DNA of 64,000 nt from Nibricoccus sp. Lineage in GTDB: Bacteria > Verrucomicrobiota > Verrucomicrobiia > Opitutales > Opitutaceae. Positions 16,091-25,820 of this stretch are shown in pieces. Made by a program: the position numbers and the translations under genes. Each line of letters starts with the position of its first letter. Position 1 is the first letter of the stretch. A model generated the notes under the pieces. That model worked only from the letters and a program-made list of their open reading frames with translations. It was not told the DNA's origin and did no database searches. Location: the NCBI GenBank assembly GCA_047602425.1, contig JASGHG010000001.1, positions 2,272,001-2,336,000 on the forward strand, read 5' to 3'.

Positions 16091-18265
16091 ATGAAATCCT
16101 TGATTCATATGTTTTCGCTCGGTGGTCTGATGGCGAGTGCCGTCACGACTGCCTTTGCCGCTGTCACGGTGCAACAAAACCTCGGGCCGGGCGCCACCAG
16201 TTGGCCCGGTACGCCGCTTGTGAGTTCCATGACCACGCCGAACACGCAATCTACCGTTGGCGAAAGTTTTTCGGCCAGCCGCGCTTCGCTGGGTCAAACC
16301 TTCACGATCCCGACCGGCGGCAACTATAAGCTTGATACAATTTATCTTTATGCCGGCGACGGAAACGGTACCACCAGTACCGCCACGATCAGGGTTAATC
16401 TCTACGATCTCGGCGCGTTCAATGCCCCGAACCCAAACCCTTATTCATCGACCAACAATTTGCTTGGTGGTGGAAGTGGCGTGGCGATCTCTTATACTGT
16501 ACAAGCTGCGGGGCTCCTCCGCCTCGATTTTAGCGGCACAGATCAGGCTATCCTCGCCGCGGGACACATGTATGCTTTTGAACTCGCGGGCGCGAGTGGC
16601 ACGGCGCCGATGTACTGGTATCGCACGACGAGCGACACCTATGCCGGCGGCGCGGCTTATGTCGACCGAGGTTGGATCAACGGCACCAATGCCCGCGATT
16701 TTTCAATCGCGGTTTATGGCACCTACACGACCAGTCAGCCGGATCCTGCGCGCTGCACCATCAATGCCTCAGCACTAAAGCAACGCATCGACGGTTTTGG
16801 CGCGGGGGTGGTGTTTCTGTATGCCGGGCAGGATCCACTTTCTGACGCGCAGATGGATATTCTCTACGGTGCCTCTGGCACGCAGTTCGGTTTGACGTTG
16901 CTCCGTGTGCGCATTTCTCCAGACGGCAACGATTCGGCCAACATGACCGACGGCAAAAAAGCTCGCGCTCGTGGAGCGAGGATTATCGCGACGCCGTGGA
17001 CGCCTCCCGCGGCGCTGAAAGATAATAACAATACTATAAACGGTTCGCTGCTGCCCTCGCAGTACGCCGCTTACGTCGCACATCTGAACAAGTTTGCCGC
17101 TTACATGGCGAGCAACGGTGCGCCATTGTCAGTGATCTCGTTGCAAAACGAACCAGACCTGGCGCCTTCGTATGAATCTTGTTCGTGGACGGCAGACCAG
17201 TTTCACACTTTCTGCCGCGATTTTGCCGGATCGATCACCGTGCCGGTGATGATGCCGGAGTCGTTTAGTTTCAATCAGGCCGTTTCCGATCCTACGCTCA
17301 ACGACGCGGCATCGATCGCCAACGTCGACTATATCGGCGGGCACCTCTACGGCGCTGTGATCAAGGACTATCCGCTGGCTCGTGTTCTCAGTCTTCCCAT
17401 CTGGATGACGGAATATTTGGAAAACGACCAAACGATTGGTTCGGCCGTCACCACGGGGCGCCAGATCAGCGATTGTCTCACAATTGGCAACATGAGCGCT
17501 TACATTTGGTGGAAATGTATTGGCGATGCCAATGGGTTGTTGAACAACGCGGGCGAACCGCAGCGACGTGGATACATCATGGCGCAATTCAGTCGTTTCG
17601 TGCGACCGGGCGATTACCGCGTTGATGTGACAGGAAGCAATAGTCCCATGGGCATCACCGCGTTCAAAGATTCAGCGAGCGGACGCTTCGCAATCGTAGC
17701 GGTGAATAACACCACGCTGCCTGTCACGCAGACGTTTAACCTCCAAGGCGTGACGCTCTCATCGCTCACGCCGGTGGTGACTTCGGCCACCCAAACGCTC
17801 CAAGCACAGACCGCGGTGGCGGTAAGCGGAGGTGCATTTACCTACACGGTGCCCGCCACTTCGGTCGTCACGTTCACGAGCTCAAGTTCGAGCGGTGGCA
17901 GTAGCTCCAGCTCTTCGAGCAGTTCCTCGTCATCCAGCAGCAGCAGTTCGTCCTCTTCGTCATCGTCGAGCAGTAGCTCAAGTTCATCCAGCAGTTCGTC
18001 ATCGAGCAGTTCTTCGTCCAGCTCGGGTGGGGGAACGATCACGGTGACCGTGCCCTTCGTAAAAGACGGTGCGGGCGATTTCACCTATGTGACTTCGGGA
18101 CCGATCAACTACATTAACTCCTGGAATCTACAACTGCTCACGGTCAATGGCGTGACGCTGACTAACACTTGGAAATCGGGTAGCCAGCTTCCGCCTGCAG
18201 TGAACGGCAAATGGACGTTCCACTACATCGGCAACTACGCTTGGTCTCATTTGGAAATAAAATGA
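16091..18265 (+). CDS. Secreted GH30 xylanase: unknown N-domain, GH30 catalytic domain, poly-Ser linker, CBM64-like module
   Basis: QRIDGFG, ATPWTPP, QNEPD (acid/base), WMTEY (nucleophile), SRFVRPG; 42-Ser run at 17900-18025; C-terminal PF-KDGAG...YINSWNL-LLTVNG...HLEIK resembles CBM64. ATG 16091 gives a clean signal peptide. Confidence 0.88.
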   Translation: MKSLIHMFSLGGLMASAVTTAFAAVTVQQNLGPGATSWPGTPLVSSMTTPNTQSTVGESFSASRASLGQTFTIPTGGNYKLDTIYLYAGDGNGTTSTATIRVNLYDLGAFNAPNPNPYSSTNNLLGGGSGVAISYTVQAAGLLRLDFSGTDQAILAAGHMYAFELAGASGTAPMYWYRTTSDTYAGGAAYVDRGWINGTNARDFSIAVYGTYTTSQPDPARCTINASALKQRIDGFGAGVVFLYAGQDPLSDAQMDILYGASGTQFGLTLLRVRISPDGNDSANMTDGKKARARGARIIATPWTPPAALKDNNNTINGSLLPSQYAAYVAHLNKFAAYMASNGAPLSVISLQNEPDLAPSYESCSWTADQFHTFCRDFAGSITVPVMMPESFSFNQAVSDPTLNDAASIANVDYIGGHLYGAVIKDYPLARVLSLPIWMTEYLENDQTIGSAVTTGRQISDCLTIGNMSAYIWWKCIGDANGLLNNAGEPQRRGYIMAQFSRFVRPGDYRVDVTGSNSPMGITAFKDSASGRFAIVAVNNTTLPVTQTFNLQGVTLSSLTPVVTSATQTLQAQTAVAVSGGAFTYTVPATSVVTFTSSSSSGGSSSSSSSSSSSSSSSSSSSSSSSSSSSSSSSSSSSSSSSSSSGGGTITVTVPFVKDGAGDFTYVTSGPINYINSWNLQLLTVNGVTLTNTWKSGSQLPPAVNGKWTFHYIGNYAWSHLEIK

Positions 18266-18313
18266 CAGGCCAACTTTGAGCCTGCTGATTAGTTCGGCTG
18301 ACCCCATACGACC

Positions 18314-18348
18314 AAAAAATCAGGCCGGGAGTTTATCCCGGCCTTTTT
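18314..18348. terminator. Probable bidirectional intrinsic terminator
   Basis: A-run, stem AGGCCGGGA/TCCCGGCCT, T-run, between convergent genes. Confidence 0.75.
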
Positions 18349-18377
18349 CATGGCAACTTCGCGTTCTTCAAGCTCGC

Positions 18378-19382
18378 TTAAGTCCGATGAATCTCGGGCT
18401 TGGGATCGCGTGACATGAGATCACGGACGGCTTTGCGCGGATCTTTGTCGGCATAGAGCGTGGCATATACCTCATCGATGATGGGCGTAGTCGCGTTGGC
18501 CCGACGCGCGAGTGCATAGGCTCCATTGGCAGTGGTTACGCCTTCGGCGACGACCATGCCCATTTCTTTTTGAATCTCGGCGAGTTTGCGACCCTTGCCG
18601 AGTTCTTCGCCGACGTGGCGATTGCGGCTGTGTTTGCTGGTGCAGGTGACAATGAGATCGCCGATCCCGCTGAGGCCGGAAAAAGTTTCGGGACGACCGC
18701 CGAGCGCTTCGCCCAAACGAGCCATCTCGACGATGCCGCGCGTCATGAGAGCGGCCTTGGTGTTGTCGCCCATGCCCATGCCATCGAGGATGCCGGCAGC
18801 GAGGGCGAGGACGTTTTTCAACGCGCCTCCGAGTTCAGCACCAACGATATCGTCCGAGGTGTAGATGCGCAGGTATTCGTTCATGAAGGCCTGCTGAACG
18901 GCGATCGCAGCTTGTGGGTCGCGGGAGGCCGTCATCACGGCGGTGGGCACGCGGCGAGCCACCTCCTCGGCATGGCTCGGGCCGGTCAGGATGGCGTAGC
19001 GAACGTCACCGAGGATCTCGGTCACGAGCTCACTCATGCGTTTGCACGAACCAGTTTCTATGCCTTTAGCGACATTGACGTAGATGAGATTGGCGGGACG
19101 GGGCACGGCGGCGAGTTTCCCGAGCAGGCCTCGCATGTACTGGCTGGGCGCGGCGAGTACGACAATGTCGGCCTGGGCGCAGGCGCGGGCGAGGTCGGGC
19201 TCGAAACGCAGCGCAACGGGAAGCTCGACGCCTTTGAGAAACTTCTCGTTGCGACGCGTACGGGCCATTTCTGCGAGGTAGTCGGGGAACGGGCCCCAGA
19301 GGGTAACCGCATGCTTGTTCTCACACAGAACCATGGCGAGGGCTGTGCCCCAACCGCCGTCGCTCAATACGCTGATGTTCAT
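18378..19382 (-). CDS. gpsA: NAD(P)H-dependent glycerol-3-phosphate dehydrogenase
   Basis: GWGTALA, KGIE, GPSHAEEV, GGALKNVLA, GLSGIGDLIVTC-S-HSRN. Confidence 0.95.
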   Translation of the reverse strand: MNISVLSDGGWGTALAMVLCENKHAVTLWGPFPDYLAEMARTRRNEKFLKGVELPVALRFEPDLARACAQADIVVLAAPSQYMRGLLGKLAAVPRPANLIYVNVAKGIETGSCKRMSELVTEILGDVRYAILTGPSHAEEVARRVPTAVMTASRDPQAAIAVQQAFMNEYLRIYTSDDIVGAELGGALKNVLALAAGILDGMGMGDNTKAALMTRGIVEMARLGEALGGRPETFSGLSGIGDLIVTCTSKHSRNRHVGEELGKGRKLAEIQKEMGMVVAEGVTTANGAYALARRANATTPIIDEVYATLYADKDPRKAVRDLMSRDPKPEIHRT

Positions 19383-19497
19383 TTGAAAAATAGGAATAAG
19401 AAGTGGATCGGCCTGTGCTTGCGACCCGGGTGAAGAGTCTGTGGCGCCTTGAAATCTGCCGTGAGGCGCCCGGCCGCTTCAATGGCAAATTTTACCG

Positions 19498-19869
19498 TTA
19501 ATGGCCGCCCGGCGCACCGGGTTTGAAGGCGGTGGCAAAATACACTGCGAGCAGGATGAAGAGAAAGCTCACGGCGTAGTTCCAAGTGAGACGTTCTTTA
19601 AGCACGATCCACGCGAAAACGACAAACACACCGAGCGTGATGACCTCCTGAATAATTTTCAGCTGATAACCGGTGAAACTGCCGCTCATGTAGCCAAGGC
19701 GGTTGGCCGGAACCATCAGACAGTACTCAAAGAACGCGATGCCCCACGAAACGAGGATGACCGCGAGCATGGTTTTGCCTTCAAGAAATTTGAATTTCAG
19801 ATGCCCATACCAGGCGAGCGTCATGAAAATATTGGAGCAGACGAGCAGGAGAATCGTTTTCATCCGCAT
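19498..19869 (-). CDS. DMT family small membrane protein (DUF486-type)
   Basis: SNIFMT-AWYGHLK, SWGIAFFEY, VPANR-G, QLKIIQEVITL. Alternative start at 19863. Confidence 0.88.
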   Translation of the reverse strand: MRMKTILLLVCSNIFMTLAWYGHLKFKFLEGKTMLAVILVSWGIAFFEYCLMVPANRLGYMSGSFTGYQLKIIQEVITLGVFVVFAWIVLKERLTWNYAVSFLFILLAVYFATAFKPGAPGGH

Positions 19870-20225
19870 TTACAGAGGCGAAACCGACGGGTTTTGAGCA
19901 AACAAATTATTTTACCGACGTTGGAGAAGAGCATATTGCGAGAAAATCGCGATTTTTTGGACAACTTTGTAAAAGCGCGCCGGTGCGTTGCGTTTCGTGC
20001 CTGCGGGAGAAACAGGTTGATTTTCCCTGCGAGAATTCATTTGGTCGCGGCTTCGCCGGCTTACCCCTTTTTCGGCTGGCGGACCGCTTTCTTACCCTCC
20101 TATTACCCACGCTAACGAATATACCATTCGTTTCACACCCCAAAAACGAACCATAAAATACCGGCAAGAATGCCGGCTCTTTTGCCGCATCCGCGGCGAA
20201 TAAAACAACACAACAAATACCCCAC

Positions 20226-21314
20226 ATGTATACCACCCAGACACCCACCCAGCATCGTTGGCTGAAGACGATTTCCGTTTTCGCCGCCGGAGCCTTGTTC
20301 AGCGTGGCCCACGCGGCCAACTACACTGTCAGTACACCTGCCACCATCAAGTCGCAGATCCAGGCCGCCGTCAGCGGCGACGTGATCACGATTCAATCCG
20401 GCACCTACAACATGTCAGGCCTGGCGCCGATCAATCTTACGGCAAACGGCGTTACCGTTGTCGGCAGCAGTGTCACGCTCGATTTCAAAGCCACCGCCAC
20501 GACCGACGTCCGCGGCATCCAGATCATCGGCGACAACAACTACATCCGAGGTCTAACCATCAACAACGCGCCCGACAACGGTATTCACATTTCGGGCGAC
20601 GGCAACACGGTCGAGCGCTGCACCTTCAACACCTGCTTCGACACCGGTCTGGAGATCTCCAAGGGCACGGGCGGCACCGCCCCGGCCAATAACAAGGTCA
20701 TCAATTGCGACTCGTACAACAATTACGACTCGAAAAAGGCCGGCAGCATGGCCGACGGCTTCGCGGCCAAAACCGGTATTGGCTCTGGCAACTCGTTCAA
20801 GGGCTGCCGCGCGACTGGCAATTCCGACGACGCTTTTGATTTCTTCGCCGGCGACGGTACGGCCGCGGCTGCCGTCACCGTCTCCTATTGCATCGCCGCC
20901 ACCAGCGGCAAGGACACCGGCAATGGCAACGGCTTCAAGCTCGGCAGTGCCTATACCACCACTTCCAACTCGGCCCACAAAATCGATCACTGCATCGCCT
21001 ACAAAAACCTCAAGAAGGGCTTCGACCAAAACCATAATAAATCGCCAGTCACGATGTCGTACTGCACCGGCGCGAGCAATGGCTCGTACAACTTCGCCTT
21101 CGGCGAATTCACCAACGGCGGCACCTTCACGAAGAACGTATCGACCGGCACATGGGATGTGAAAGGCACGCAGAGCGGCAACCTCACCAGCGTGAGCACC
21201 AGCGCCTTCACCAGCACGAGCCTCAGCGCGGTGACGCGCGACGGCAGTGGCAATCTTCTCTTCAACAACTTCATGAAGTACGCCAACTCCGGCGGCGCGG
21301 GTGCAAACCCGTAA
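20226..21314 (+). CDS. Secreted pectate lyase, PL9 (right-handed beta-helix)
   Basis: Signal peptide; ADGFAAK, NSDDAFD, GNGNGFKLG (catalytic Lys region), KGFDQN. Confidence 0.85.
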   Translation: MYTTQTPTQHRWLKTISVFAAGALFSVAHAANYTVSTPATIKSQIQAAVSGDVITIQSGTYNMSGLAPINLTANGVTVVGSSVTLDFKATATTDVRGIQIIGDNNYIRGLTINNAPDNGIHISGDGNTVERCTFNTCFDTGLEISKGTGGTAPANNKVINCDSYNNYDSKKAGSMADGFAAKTGIGSGNSFKGCRATGNSDDAFDFFAGDGTAAAAVTVSYCIAATSGKDTGNGNGFKLGSAYTTTSNSAHKIDHCIAYKNLKKGFDQNHNKSPVTMSYCTGASNGSYNFAFGEFTNGGTFTKNVSTGTWDVKGTQSGNLTSVSTSAFTSTSLSAVTRDGSGNLLFNNFMKYANSGGAGANP

Positions 21315-21335
21315 AACCAACCTGACAAAAGCTCC

Positions 21336-21370
21336 ACGGCCTGCCGTCGCGCCTGACGGCGGGCCGTTTC
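21336..21370 (+). terminator. Stem-loop after the PL9 gene
   Basis: 13-bp stem ACGGCCTGCCGTC/GACGGCGGGCCGT with a short T tail. Confidence 0.6.
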
Positions 21371-21379
21371 CCCGATCTT

Positions 21380-22063
21380 GTGAACGCAACCAAAAAGAAC
21401 CTGCTCTACGTCGCCGGCCTGATCGTAAGTTTTGGCCTTGGCGTGTGGTTTGCGAAGGAAGGATTAGGCGCGCGTGTTGTGTTAGCCCAGCCGGTCGAGG
21501 TTGCGGCAAAACCTGTTTCTTCCGTCGAACCATCCGCGCCGGCGCCGGCGGTGGCGGTGTTGCCTGCGGAATCTCCAACAGAAACGGCGCGCATCTACGC
21601 GCTTGTCGCCACCGACCTGCGCGCTGCGATGGCGGAAGCGCTGAAGCTGCCCGATGCCACGCGGCTGGTAACTCTGCAAAACCTCATGGCCATCTGGTTG
21701 CGGACGGATCGGCTCTCAGCTGCCGAGTGGATGACGGAGCGGCGGGGCCTTCGCGAATTTGAACCGCTTTCGGCGCAGGTTTCGGACGCATTTTTCCCCG
21801 ACGACACGGAGATGAGCGCAATGTTTTCTTTCGATCTGACCGATGAGAAATTGCGCGACGTACGCGTCAATAAACTCGTCGCCTATTGGAAAAGCGGCGC
21901 TCACCTGAAATTCGACAATTCACCTTGGGAAGTCGACGGCCCGGGCATGAATGCATCAAAACCGATTTCCGCGCCCGTCGCAGCCGTCGAAATCGAAAAG
22001 CCCGTTTCCAACACCGAAATTCCGGACGAATCGGCCGAGGGCGAAACCAAAGACAAGGGATAA
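21380..22063 (+). CDS. Hypothetical membrane-anchored protein
   Basis: GTG start, N-terminal TM helix, Pro/Ala-rich linker, helical domain; fills the gap between two genes. Confidence 0.65.
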   Translation: MNATKKNLLYVAGLIVSFGLGVWFAKEGLGARVVLAQPVEVAAKPVSSVEPSAPAPAVAVLPAESPTETARIYALVATDLRAAMAEALKLPDATRLVTLQNLMAIWLRTDRLSAAEWMTERRGLREFEPLSAQVSDAFFPDDTEMSAMFSFDLTDEKLRDVRVNKLVAYWKSGAHLKFDNSPWEVDGPGMNASKPISAPVAAVEIEKPVSNTEIPDESAEGETKDKG

Positions 22064-22099
22064 CCTTCGCCGAAATTTTTTCGCACGACGAGCGAGAGT

Positions 22100-24601
22100 T
22101 CAGCAGTTCGGAACGTCAAGGCGTGACCTTTGCCGGCAACCGCGGATTAGCCGAAAAAGAGCGGTTGCGCTCAGCGTCATGAGCAGCCACGGACTAGAAG
22201 CGCCGCCACCGCCGGACGACGGCTTGTTGTTATCCGTAGGATTTGGACTCGGGGTCGGCGCGGGCTCCTCTTTCAGCACGACGAGGCCGGCTTGGAGAAC
22301 GCCGTTGCGGTAGGCAGTCGGTCCGGAGACGAGCAGCCGGCCGTCCTGTAAAACGGACACTGAAGTAACGGCATCTGTTGTGATGTCGGGTGCGGCGAAT
22401 CCGGTATCGAACGTTCCGTCGGAGTTGAGTCGGGCGAGGGAGTTTCGAGCGGCTGTGTTGACGGAGCGAAAATGTCCGCCGACTACGATTTTTCCGTCGG
22501 GCTGCAACGCGACGGAGGTGATGATGTTGTCGAAAAGCGCGCTCGTGGAGAACGTGGGATCGGCGCTGCCATCGGCATTGAGGCGTGCGAGCGTGAGTTG
22601 GTCGGAGTAGTTAACCGAACGGCCCCCTAGAACCAAGCGTCCGTCGGGCTGGATGGCGATCGCGTTGACAAGCCGATTGGCTTCGATGCCGGCGCTGAAA
22701 GTGCTGTCGACACTGCCGCTTGGATTCAGGCGCAGGAGGCTCGGCGACGACGGACTGGAGGAAGATACAAAGGCGCCACCTACGAATATTTTTCCATCGG
22801 CCTTGAGGGCAAGGGCGTCGACCCACGAAAGAAATCCGTTTGATTGGATCGCGGTTAAGGCGGTGAAAGATCCGTCCAAACTGCCGTCGGTTTGGAGGCG
22901 AGAGAGGAAGGCGCCCCGGGGAGGCTGGGGACCTATGATCACGACACTACCACCGCCGGAAGAGGAAGATGGAATCTCGCCACCGGCGAGAATTTTTCCG
23001 TCGGACTGCTGTGCGAGCGCATAGACATTTCCCCGCGAGACGTTCGAGGTGGAAAAGCGGGTGTCGAGTGCGCCATTGGGAAGGAGCCGGATGACGTTGT
23101 CGCATTCGGTGCCATTGTAACTCCAGATGAATCCACCCACCACCCAGCCGCCATCAGCTTGGGGAAGAGCGGCGTAAACGCAGCCGAACCCGTCGAGTCC
23201 GGTGCCGGAATCGAACCCAGTGTCGACGCTGCCGTTGGCATTCAACACCGCCACTCCATCGCGTGCAATGCCATTGACGAAGTTGAAATCTCCACCGACG
23301 AACCATTTTCCACCGGCCATCGGGTATGCGGTTTGCACCTTGGCTGGAACCAACGGGCTGCCGGAAGGAGTTTGCTCGAACGAACCATCAGCCAGAAGTC
23401 GGACGACGCCGTTGGCTGAAATACCATTGTACAACGTAAAACCTCCAACGGCGACGATCTTGCCATCAGTCAGCACCGTCGCGGCTGCCGTGCTTGCTCG
23501 GTGTTGCAGCCCGGTGCCGGTATGAAACGTTGTATCGATGCTGCCGTCGGCATTCAGACGGACGATTTCATTGTTCAAAATGCCGTTGTACGTTGTGAAG
23601 CCACCTGCGGCGACGATTTTGCCATCAGCTTGGAGCGCGATCCGGTAGACTTCGCCGTTGAAGCCGGTGCCGGGATTGAAGGTTGTATCCAGGCTGCCGT
23701 TCGAGTGAAGGCGCGCGATACAATTGACGGCAGCGCCGTTGAACGTGCTAAACCAGCCCGCAGCGACAATCCGACCGTCGGGCTGAAGGGCGAGCGAACT
23801 CACACGCCAGTCAAAGCCAAGACCCGTACTGAAACTGATGTCGCGGCTGCCATCGCTATTGAGACGTGCGATGCATTTCTGTTCGGTGCCGTTGACGGAA
23901 TAGAAAGAGCCGCCGACCAAAATCCGACCGTCGGGTTGCACGACAATGGAGTAGACGTTGGAATTGAATCCTGAGCCGGGATTGAACGTCGAGTCGCGGC
24001 TGCCGTCGCTATTCAACCGAACGATGTGGCCGCACGGCGTCTGGTTGAAGGAGGTGAACAGGCCGCCGACGAGGATTTTTCCATCGGCCTGAATGGCCAG
24101 CGTGGTGACTCGTTCCCAAAATCCTCCCGCCGGATTGAAGGTCTGGTCGAGGCTGCCATCGGCGTTCAGGCGGACGATACCGGAGCGAGCGACGCCGTCG
24201 AAATAGGAGAAATCGCCAGCGGCCACCACGCGGCCATCGTTTTGCACCGCGAGCGCGGACACGGTGGGACCGCTGCCGTTCAAGAAGTCCTTGTAGCCGC
24301 TGAAGCCGCCGCCCGGATTGAAGTTACGGTCGCTGCTACCATCGGCGTTGAACTTTGCGAGCGAGCGATGATGTTGGCCGCCGATGCTGGAGAAATAGCC
24401 GCCGACATAAAATCCGCCATCGGCTCTATTCGCAACGGCATTGACCGACCAGTAATCGGTTTTCTCCAGCCTAACGGCAAAACTCGGATCGAGGCGATAG
24501 TCGGCCGCCGCCATCGTCGCGGAAAAAGTTCCGATTAGGGACAGGCAGGCCCATAGGCGTGGCAATGCTCTGTGCAAAATGCGTTCGAAAACAAGGTGCA
24601 T
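22100..24601 (-). CDS. Delta-60-repeat (beta-propeller) secreted protein with a Gly-rich C-terminal anchor
   Basis: More than a dozen ~52-aa repeats Q-DG[KR]I[LV]-[GA]G-F...RLN-DGS-D-TF; signal peptide from ATG 24601; tail PSSGGGGASSPW, hydrophobic stretch, Arg-rich end. Confidence 0.85.
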   Translation of the reverse strand: MHLVFERILHRALPRLWACLSLIGTFSATMAAADYRLDPSFAVRLEKTDYWSVNAVANRADGGFYVGGYFSSIGGQHHRSLAKFNADGSSDRNFNPGGGFSGYKDFLNGSGPTVSALAVQNDGRVVAAGDFSYFDGVARSGIVRLNADGSLDQTFNPAGGFWERVTTLAIQADGKILVGGLFTSFNQTPCGHIVRLNSDGSRDSTFNPGSGFNSNVYSIVVQPDGRILVGGSFYSVNGTEQKCIARLNSDGSRDISFSTGLGFDWRVSSLALQPDGRIVAAGWFSTFNGAAVNCIARLHSNGSLDTTFNPGTGFNGEVYRIALQADGKIVAAGGFTTYNGILNNEIVRLNADGSIDTTFHTGTGLQHRASTAAATVLTDGKIVAVGGFTLYNGISANGVVRLLADGSFEQTPSGSPLVPAKVQTAYPMAGGKWFVGGDFNFVNGIARDGVAVLNANGSVDTGFDSGTGLDGFGCVYAALPQADGGWVVGGFIWSYNGTECDNVIRLLPNGALDTRFSTSNVSRGNVYALAQQSDGKILAGGEIPSSSSGGGSVVIIGPQPPRGAFLSRLQTDGSLDGSFTALTAIQSNGFLSWVDALALKADGKIFVGGAFVSSSSPSSPSLLRLNPSGSVDSTFSAGIEANRLVNAIAIQPDGRLVLGGRSVNYSDQLTLARLNADGSADPTFSTSALFDNIITSVALQPDGKIVVGGHFRSVNTAARNSLARLNSDGTFDTGFAAPDITTDAVTSVSVLQDGRLLVSGPTAYRNGVLQAGLVVLKEEPAPTPSPNPTDNNKPSSGGGGASSPWLLMTLSATALFRLIRGCRQRSRLDVPNC

Positions 24602-24708
24602 GGCGCGTCGAATTGGCTGGATGGAAGACGATCGATTCCCGCAGGGGAACCAAATCCCTACCACCAACTGCCGTCGAGGGGAAGGCTTTTGTGACCGCCG
24701 TGGAAGGC

Positions 24709-25707
24709 TCAGATCTTGTAATACGCCTTAAACCATTCAACGAAGGCGGCCAGTCCGTCGTCGAGCGACGTGCGCGGTTCGTAACCGACTGCAGCCTTAA
24801 CCCGGTCGATGCTCGCACAGGTCTCCGGGAGATCGCCCGGCTGGGCGGGAAGCAACTCGACTTGCGCGATGCGCCCGAGGAGTTTTTCGAGCATCGAAAC
24901 GAAAAGCCGCATTTCAACGGGACGATGGTGACCAAGGTTGAAGACTTGATAAGGTGGAACGACTGGTTCGGTTGGCCCTTCGACTTTGCTCAGGGCAGGC
25001 GGATAAAGCAGGACCTTCAGGATGCCATCGACAATGTCGTTGATATAAGTGAAGTCTCGATGGGATTTGCCTTCGTTGAAAAGTTTAAGCGGTTTTCCCT
25101 CGCAAATGGCTTTTGCAAAGAGGATCGGCGACATGTCGGGCCGCCCCCAAGGACCATACACGGTGAAGAAGCGCAGGCCGGTGATGCGCAGCTTGTGCAG
25201 GTGCGCGTAGCTGTAGGCCATGAGCTCATTGCTCTTTTTCGTCGCACCGTAGAACGAGATTGGCTGGTCGGTGATTTGGTCTTCAGAGAAGGGAAGTTTT
25301 GCGCCTGCGCCATAGATGCTGCTCGACGACGCGAAAACGAGATGCTTGGGCGGACGCGAGCGGCAGGCCTCCAAGACATTGAGAAAACCGGTGATATTGC
25401 TCTGTACGTAGGCCGCTGGATTGTCGGAGCTATAGCGAACGCCAGCCTGGGCACCGAGATGAACGACGTAGTCGGGTTTGAAATGCGAATAAATCCCACC
25501 GAACGCGGCGGCGTCGCTAAAATCGCTCTGGACGAAACGGAACTCCTCGAATTTTTCCAGTTCGGCCAGGCGCGCACGCTTAAGATCGACCGAGTAATAG
25601 TCGTTCAAGTTGTCGACACCGAGCACTTCACAGCGCTTGGTTTCGGCGAGGCGGCGGGAGACGTGGTAACCGATGAAACCGGCGGCGCCGGTCACGAGGA
25701 CTTTCAT
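24709..25707 (-). CDS. NAD-dependent epimerase, UDP-glucuronate 4-epimerase-like
   Basis: TGAAGFIG, HLGAQAGVRYS, ASSSS-YG, YGATKKSNE, LRFFTVYGPWGRPDM, RDFTYI-DIV. Confidence 0.9.
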   Translation of the reverse strand: MKVLVTGAAGFIGYHVSRRLAETKRCEVLGVDNLNDYYSVDLKRARLAELEKFEEFRFVQSDFSDAAAFGGIYSHFKPDYVVHLGAQAGVRYSSDNPAAYVQSNITGFLNVLEACRSRPPKHLVFASSSSIYGAGAKLPFSEDQITDQPISFYGATKKSNELMAYSYAHLHKLRITGLRFFTVYGPWGRPDMSPILFAKAICEGKPLKLFNEGKSHRDFTYINDIVDGILKVLLYPPALSKVEGPTEPVVPPYQVFNLGHHRPVEMRLFVSMLEKLLGRIAQVELLPAQPGDLPETCASIDRVKAAVGYEPRTSLDDGLAAFVEWFKAYYKI

Positions 25708-25802
25708 GGGCGGTCGATTTAGAAGAGAAGACGCGCGTCCGGCTAGCCTGAAGATTGCGCCCCTTCAAGACGCAGAGCCCTAGTTGGAAGACGTAAAAAA
25801 GC

Positions 25803-25820
25803 CTCACGTATTACGTGACA
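25803..25820. repeat. Palindromic REP-like element
   Basis: CTCACG-TATTA-CGTGACA, same family as 1461-1487. Confidence 0.6.

Noticed and set aside
17842..18084. Acidic Leu/Asp/Glu repeat ORF (also within 29504-29911)
   Set aside because: Simply the reverse complement of poly-Ser codons.
22300..24450. Regularly spaced repeats considered as a CRISPR array or DNA tandem repeat
   Set aside because: They are degenerate protein-level delta-60 repeats within one ORF; no identical repeats with unique spacers and no cas genes.
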